Positions 60,956 through 64,000 of a stretch of DNA of 64,000 bases are shown one piece after another. A model generated the notes under the pieces. The model was given only the letters and a program-made list of their open reading frames with translations. It was not told where the DNA came from and searched no databases. Position numbers and translations under genes: made by a program. The stretch is from an uncultured Gammaproteobacteria bacterium (GTDB lineage: Bacteria > Patescibacteriota > Microgenomatia > Levybacterales > UBA12049): positions 359,674-423,673 of the forward strand of contig CAZNAA010000001.1 in assembly GCA_964571255.1 (NCBI GenBank). Direction: 5' to 3'. Each line of letters begins with the position of its first letter. Position 1 is the stretch's first letter.

Positions 60956-61696
60956 ATGAAAGTATCGGTTGTCATCCCGATGTATAACGAAGAAAAATAC
61001 ATCTCGCTTTGCTTAGACAGTGTACTTAATCAAGAAGAAATGCCAGATGAGGTTATTGTTGTTGATAACAATTCTAAAGATAGATGCGTTGCAATTGCTT
61101 CTCGCTTCCCTGTTACCGTAATAAATGAAAAGAAACAAGGAATGATTCCTGCTAGAAATGCAGGTTTTAACGCAGCACAACACGAAATTATTGCTCGATG
61201 TGATGCAGATACTAGAGTTCCTACAGATTGGATTAAACTCATTAAAGAAAATGTGATAAAAGGAAAAGCAGATGCAGTCAGTGGTCCCCTCTTCTATGAC
61301 GACTTGCCTCTCCTCAAAAAACAGTCCATCCGAATGACTAAGTTCCATGCAAAAACCTTTAATCGAATTAAACATCACGATGTTCTTTTAGGACCTAATA
61401 TGGCACTCACCAAAGAGATGTGGCTTAAGATAAAAGACCATGTACGATTGGATGATAAAAAAGTGCATGAAGATCATGATCTGGCTATGCAAGTTGCAAA
61501 AGCCGGAGGAAAAATTAGATTTGACCCTACCCTTATCGTTGCAACCTCAAGTCGAAGAATAAAGAAAAATCCAGCCTCTTTCTTTATTGAATATCCAATA
61601 AGATTAGTTAAAACGATGCGATCAGATGATCCTGATATTGAAAACTATTTTAGACGAATGTACCGCTCCTTCCTTCTTCAAGAAATAGAAAAATAA
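60956..61696 (+). CDS. family 2 glycosyltransferase
   Basis: The motifs are VSVVIPMYNEEKYI and VVDNNSKD. The DAD motif is present. Confidence 0.85.
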   Translation: MKVSVVIPMYNEEKYISLCLDSVLNQEEMPDEVIVVDNNSKDRCVAIASRFPVTVINEKKQGMIPARNAGFNAAQHEIIARCDADTRVPTDWIKLIKENVIKGKADAVSGPLFYDDLPLLKKQSIRMTKFHAKTFNRIKHHDVLLGPNMALTKEMWLKIKDHVRLDDKKVHEDHDLAMQVAKAGGKIRFDPTLIVATSSRRIKKNPASFFIEYPIRLVKTMRSDDPDIENYFRRMYRSFLLQEIEK

Positions 61697-61806
61697 CTCT
61701 TAAAACGAGAATCGCACCCTCTTCGTTGTGACTTTCATCACGCAGATCTCCAGCAATGCTAGAGAGGACCAAAAGGTCCAGAGAGTGCATTTCCCACACA
61801 ATGTTG

Positions 61807-61971
61807 TTACCAGATAGCGGCTCCCAGAGCAGCCATCGCGAAAGCTAAGGCGAGTGCTAAGCTTAGCACTGCCACTAAGCCTGTATCTTTTCGCCCTTTG
61901 TCTAGTGAAAAGACACAAAGACACAGGACAGTGAAAATAATCGAAATTACTCCAAATGCTCCAGCAAGCAT
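61807..61971 (-). CDS. small 2-TM hydrophobic protein (54 aa from the ATG; the ORF track extends it to a GTG at 61992)
   Basis: A perfect SD (AAAGGAGG) lies 4 nt before the ATG. The protein is MLAGAFGVISIIFTVLCLCVFSLDKGRKDTGLVAVLSLALALAFAMAALGAAIW. It is GC-enriched. Its RKDTGL turn resembles the KKDT turn of ORF 14850. Confidence 0.4.
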   Translation of the reverse strand: MLAGAFGVISIIFTVLCLCVFSLDKGRKDTGLVAVLSLALALAFAMAALGAAIW

Positions 61972-61992
61972 AACGCCTCCTTTAATTTTCAC

Positions 61993-62044
61993 TTGGCACA
62001 GTTGCCAAAGCTAGGAATATAATTCCCACCTTTGGCATGGCCAA
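61993..62044. promoter_or_regulatory. Cluster of three short perfect palindromes (TTGGCA-CAGT-TGCCAA, GGAAT-ATA-ATTCC, TTGGC-ATG-GCCAA) upstream of the small ORF at 61807-61971
   Basis: The dyad symmetry is seen directly in the sequence. It may be an operator or a 5'-UTR structure. Its function is unknown. Confidence 0.3.
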
Positions 62045-62216
62045 GTATGTATATGTAGTAACAACTATTAATGCGCGAGATAAAATACTTGAGAAACAAG
62101 TTTAAACTGCAATTAGTCACCCCTATTTCAAAAGCAGATTAATTATACGATAAATTCAGAATAATTTCAAACTATAGGGTTAATTCTGGTTGACAAAGCT
62201 GTCTAAATGAAGAATA

Positions 62217-62804
62217 ATGAAATGCATGGAAGAAATTTCAATTTCAGAGATTCTCAAAAAAGTTTACCTCTTTTTTCTTGACGCACTCCAAACTATTCTT
62301 CTTGCTGCATCTGTATTTTTGGTTATCTATATTTTTCTTTTCCGTCCCTTTCAAGTGAGTGGAGAATCCATGTTTCCTACCTTTAAGAATAAAGAATATA
62401 TTTTAACTAACCTTATTACGATACGAATAAGTGAATTAAAAAAAGGTGATGTGATTGTTTTTCATGCACCAAATGATGATGAGAAAGATTATATAAAACG
62501 AGTCATGGGAACTGCGGGAGATGCTATTTTTCTTAGAGACGGAGATGTGTATGTCAATAATGAAAAGGTGGATGAATCAGCCTATCTTACAGGTGTTAAA
62601 ACGTATGGAGGCTCTTTTCTTCATGAAGGAGAAATTGTGAGAATTCCAGAAGGGCATTATTTTGTCATGGGAGATAATAGACCATTCAGTTCTGACTCAA
62701 GGGAATGGGGATTTCTTCCAAAAGAAGAAGTTATTGGAAAATCTTTCTTTGTCTACTGGCCATTTAACACCGCCCGTTTAGTCAAAAATCCATTTACTCA
62801 GTAA
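62217..62804 (+). CDS. lepB: signal peptidase I
   Basis: An N-terminal TM helix is present. The catalytic Ser region is VSGESMFPTF. The Lys region is KRVMG. The GDNR...S.DSR box is present. Confidence 0.85.
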   Translation: MKCMEEISISEILKKVYLFFLDALQTILLAASVFLVIYIFLFRPFQVSGESMFPTFKNKEYILTNLITIRISELKKGDVIVFHAPNDDEKDYIKRVMGTAGDAIFLRDGDVYVNNEKVDESAYLTGVKTYGGSFLHEGEIVRIPEGHYFVMGDNRPFSSDSREWGFLPKEEVIGKSFFVYWPFNTARLVKNPFTQ

Positions 62805-62852
62805 CCTTTTTTTTCATATTCCATTTCTAAAATGCTTTGCTAAAATCAAACT

Positions 62853-63236
62853 ATGAAAATGAAACGTGTGGCGGGTATTGTATGTTATGTAAAGGATATT
62901 GAAAAAACTGCCGAATTTTATACATCACTTGGCTTTACTAAGGAGAAGCACGAACCAGATCACTTATCAATCCGTCTCAACTGGTTTTGGATCGATTTTC
63001 ATCCTCAAGATAAAGAAGACAAATTAGAATTTCAAAAAGAAGCAACACTTGCAAATAAAGGAGCCGGAATGTTTTTATACATTAGCGTTGAAGACGTAGA
63101 TACGTTCTATGAAGATGTTATTGCTAAAGGGCTAAACCCATCAAGTACACCTAGAGACTGGCCATGGGGAAATAGGGAATTTGTTCTGCGTGATCCAGAT
63201 GGGTATAAATTAGTATTCTTTAAAAAGAATAAATAA
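62853..63236 (+). CDS. VOC (glyoxalase/bleomycin-resistance) family protein
   Basis: The 127-aa product has the beta-alpha-beta-beta-beta module pattern (VCYVKDIEKTAEFYTSLGF ... FVLRDPDGYKLVFF). Confidence 0.7.
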   Translation: MKMKRVAGIVCYVKDIEKTAEFYTSLGFTKEKHEPDHLSIRLNWFWIDFHPQDKEDKLEFQKEATLANKGAGMFLYISVEDVDTFYEDVIAKGLNPSSTPRDWPWGNREFVLRDPDGYKLVFFKKNK

Positions 63237-63242
63237 ATCTTC

Positions 63243-64000
63243 TTATTCTGCTTTTGTGAGCATATCGTGGATTTCTTTGAGCTTTCCTGTTGTTTTTTCG
63301 ATATCTCCCTTAACGATAAATGTCACTCGGGCTAGTTTACTTGATTGAAAAATAGCTACTTTATCAAAACTTAATCTTTCTTTCATATCTTTTGCCATTG
63401 CATCTTGCTCAGGTACCCATAATTTGTCATTAGGCTTAGCTGTAAGTCTGGTTGACATCTGAGCTTTCTCAATCTCCCCTTTCATTTGGCGAGCAATTTC
63501 TTCAGTTTCACGAACTGTAGCATTATCACGCAGGATTCTTTTAAAGACCTCAAGCATGAGCTTGGTATCTCCTAGAGATATAAGTGGACGAACGTGTCCC
63601 TCACTTATCACTCCAGCAACCAAAGCATCTTTAATCGCATCAGGAAGAGCTAGAAGTCTAATCGTATTTGAAACAGCCGGTGCACTCTTTCCAACACGTC
63701 TTGCTACTTCATTCGTTCCTAATCCAAACTCATCGATGAGACGCTTATAGGCAAGTGCTTTTTCAATCGGGTTTAAGTCTTCTCGTTGTACGTTTTCAAC
63801 AATTGCCATTTCTAACATTCCTTGAGGAGTGGTGTGCTTGATGATAACAGGAACTGTTGGAAATCCAAGAATTTTTGCAGCTCTCCAACGTCTTTCTCCA
63901 GCAATAATTTGATACCCTGCAGGAGTCTCAGCAACCACGAGTGGTTCAAGGATACCTTGTTCTCGAATAGATTCAACTAAATCGACTAATGATTCTTGAG
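63243..64000 (-). CDS. parB: chromosome partitioning protein ParB (Spo0J); the 5' end lies beyond the window
   Basis: The ParB box is present (LVESIREQGILEPLVV...YQIIAGERRWRAA) and continues in frame past 63938 to the window edge. The HTH is GTNEVARRVGKSAPAVSNTIRLL. Confidence 0.9.
   Translation of the reverse strand, partial: QESLVDLVESIREQGILEPLVVAETPAGYQIIAGERRWRAAKILGFPTVPVIIKHTTPQGMLEMAIVENVQREDLNPIEKALAYKRLIDEFGLGTNEVARRVGKSAPAVSNTIRLLALPDAIKDALVAGVISEGHVRPLISLGDTKLMLEVFKRILRDNATVRETEEIARQMKGEIEKAQMSTRLTAKPNDKLWVPEQDAMAKDMKERLSFDKVAIFQSSKLARVTFIVKGDIEKTTGKLKEIHDMLTKAE

Noticed and set aside
61993-62008. A sigma54-type promoter (TGGCAC ... TTGC) in cttggcacagttgcc
   Set aside because: The spacing between the GG and GC elements is 2 nt rather than the required N5 after TGGCAC. 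It is more simply explained as a TTGGCA/TGCCAA palindrome.

Overview
This is a low-GC (roughly 35-40% by eye) bacterial chromosomal segment. Genes are tightly packed, often with overlapping or coupled stop and start codons, and most appear to lack a strong SD. The gene content and style are consistent with a small-genome, possibly CPR/Patescibacteria-like organism, but that is inference only.

From 5' to 3' the window contains:
- 1-4.3 kb: a lower-glycolysis block, with the 3' part of a PEP-utilizing enzyme (PpsA-like), enolase, and cofactor-independent phosphoglycerate mutase.
- 4.6-6.3 kb: an ABC-2 type transporter (ATPase plus permease).
- 6.3-10 kb: rsmI, then a divergent lexA/uvrB pair with a candidate autoregulatory operator and promoter between them.
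- 10-14.5 kb: an unknown ORF, pyruvate kinase, a second unknown ORF, rplS and pyrG.
- 14.8-15.2 kb: a GC-enriched patch encoding a small 2-TM protein, followed by a GC-rich hairpin.
- 15.2-18.5 kb: MazG-like and deaminase genes, a YcaQ-like winged-helix glycosylase, tRNA-Gly(CCC), a LysM protein and tRNA-Asp(GTC).
- 18.5-22 kb: PolX, LemA and HtpX.
- 22-40.7 kb: a long co-directional, tightly coupled array.
  - It begins with murT, gatD and gatC.
  - Next come a histidine phosphatase, a deoxyribosyltransferase-like ORF, a second histidine phosphatase, gatA and gatB.
  - Next is a degenerate GGDEF protein, then dnaE and a coupled unknown ORF.
  - It ends with a complete F1Fo ATP synthase operon (atpBEFHAGDC).
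- 40.7-41.7 kb: a GC-rich island with codon usage unlike the host, encoding two small hydrophobic proteins with strong SD sequences, next to tRNA-Thr(CGT).
- 42.4-61.7 kb: a roughly 19 kb cell-surface glycan or glycosylation cluster.
  - It has an O-antigen-ligase-like protein and three large polytopic GT-C-like proteins.
  - It has four GT2 genes, a CgeB-like GT and a split GT4.
  - It has three methyltransferases, two flippases and a DegT aminotransferase.
  - It also contains a secreted Kelch-propeller plus C39-like peptidase fusion protein.
- 61.7-64 kb: another small hydrophobic-protein gene, signal peptidase I, a VOC protein, and the 3' portion of parB running off the window.

No CRISPR array, rRNA, transposase or integrase is visible. 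The features most worth a second look are:
- the degenerate GGDEF (KGDEI) protein with an intact I-site, wedged between gatB and dnaE;
- the phosphatase/NDT-like/phosphatase insertion inside gatCAB;
- a 34-nt motif repeated on both flanks of the ATP synthase block;
- the foreign GC-rich islands that encode small 2-TM proteins behind long inverted repeats.
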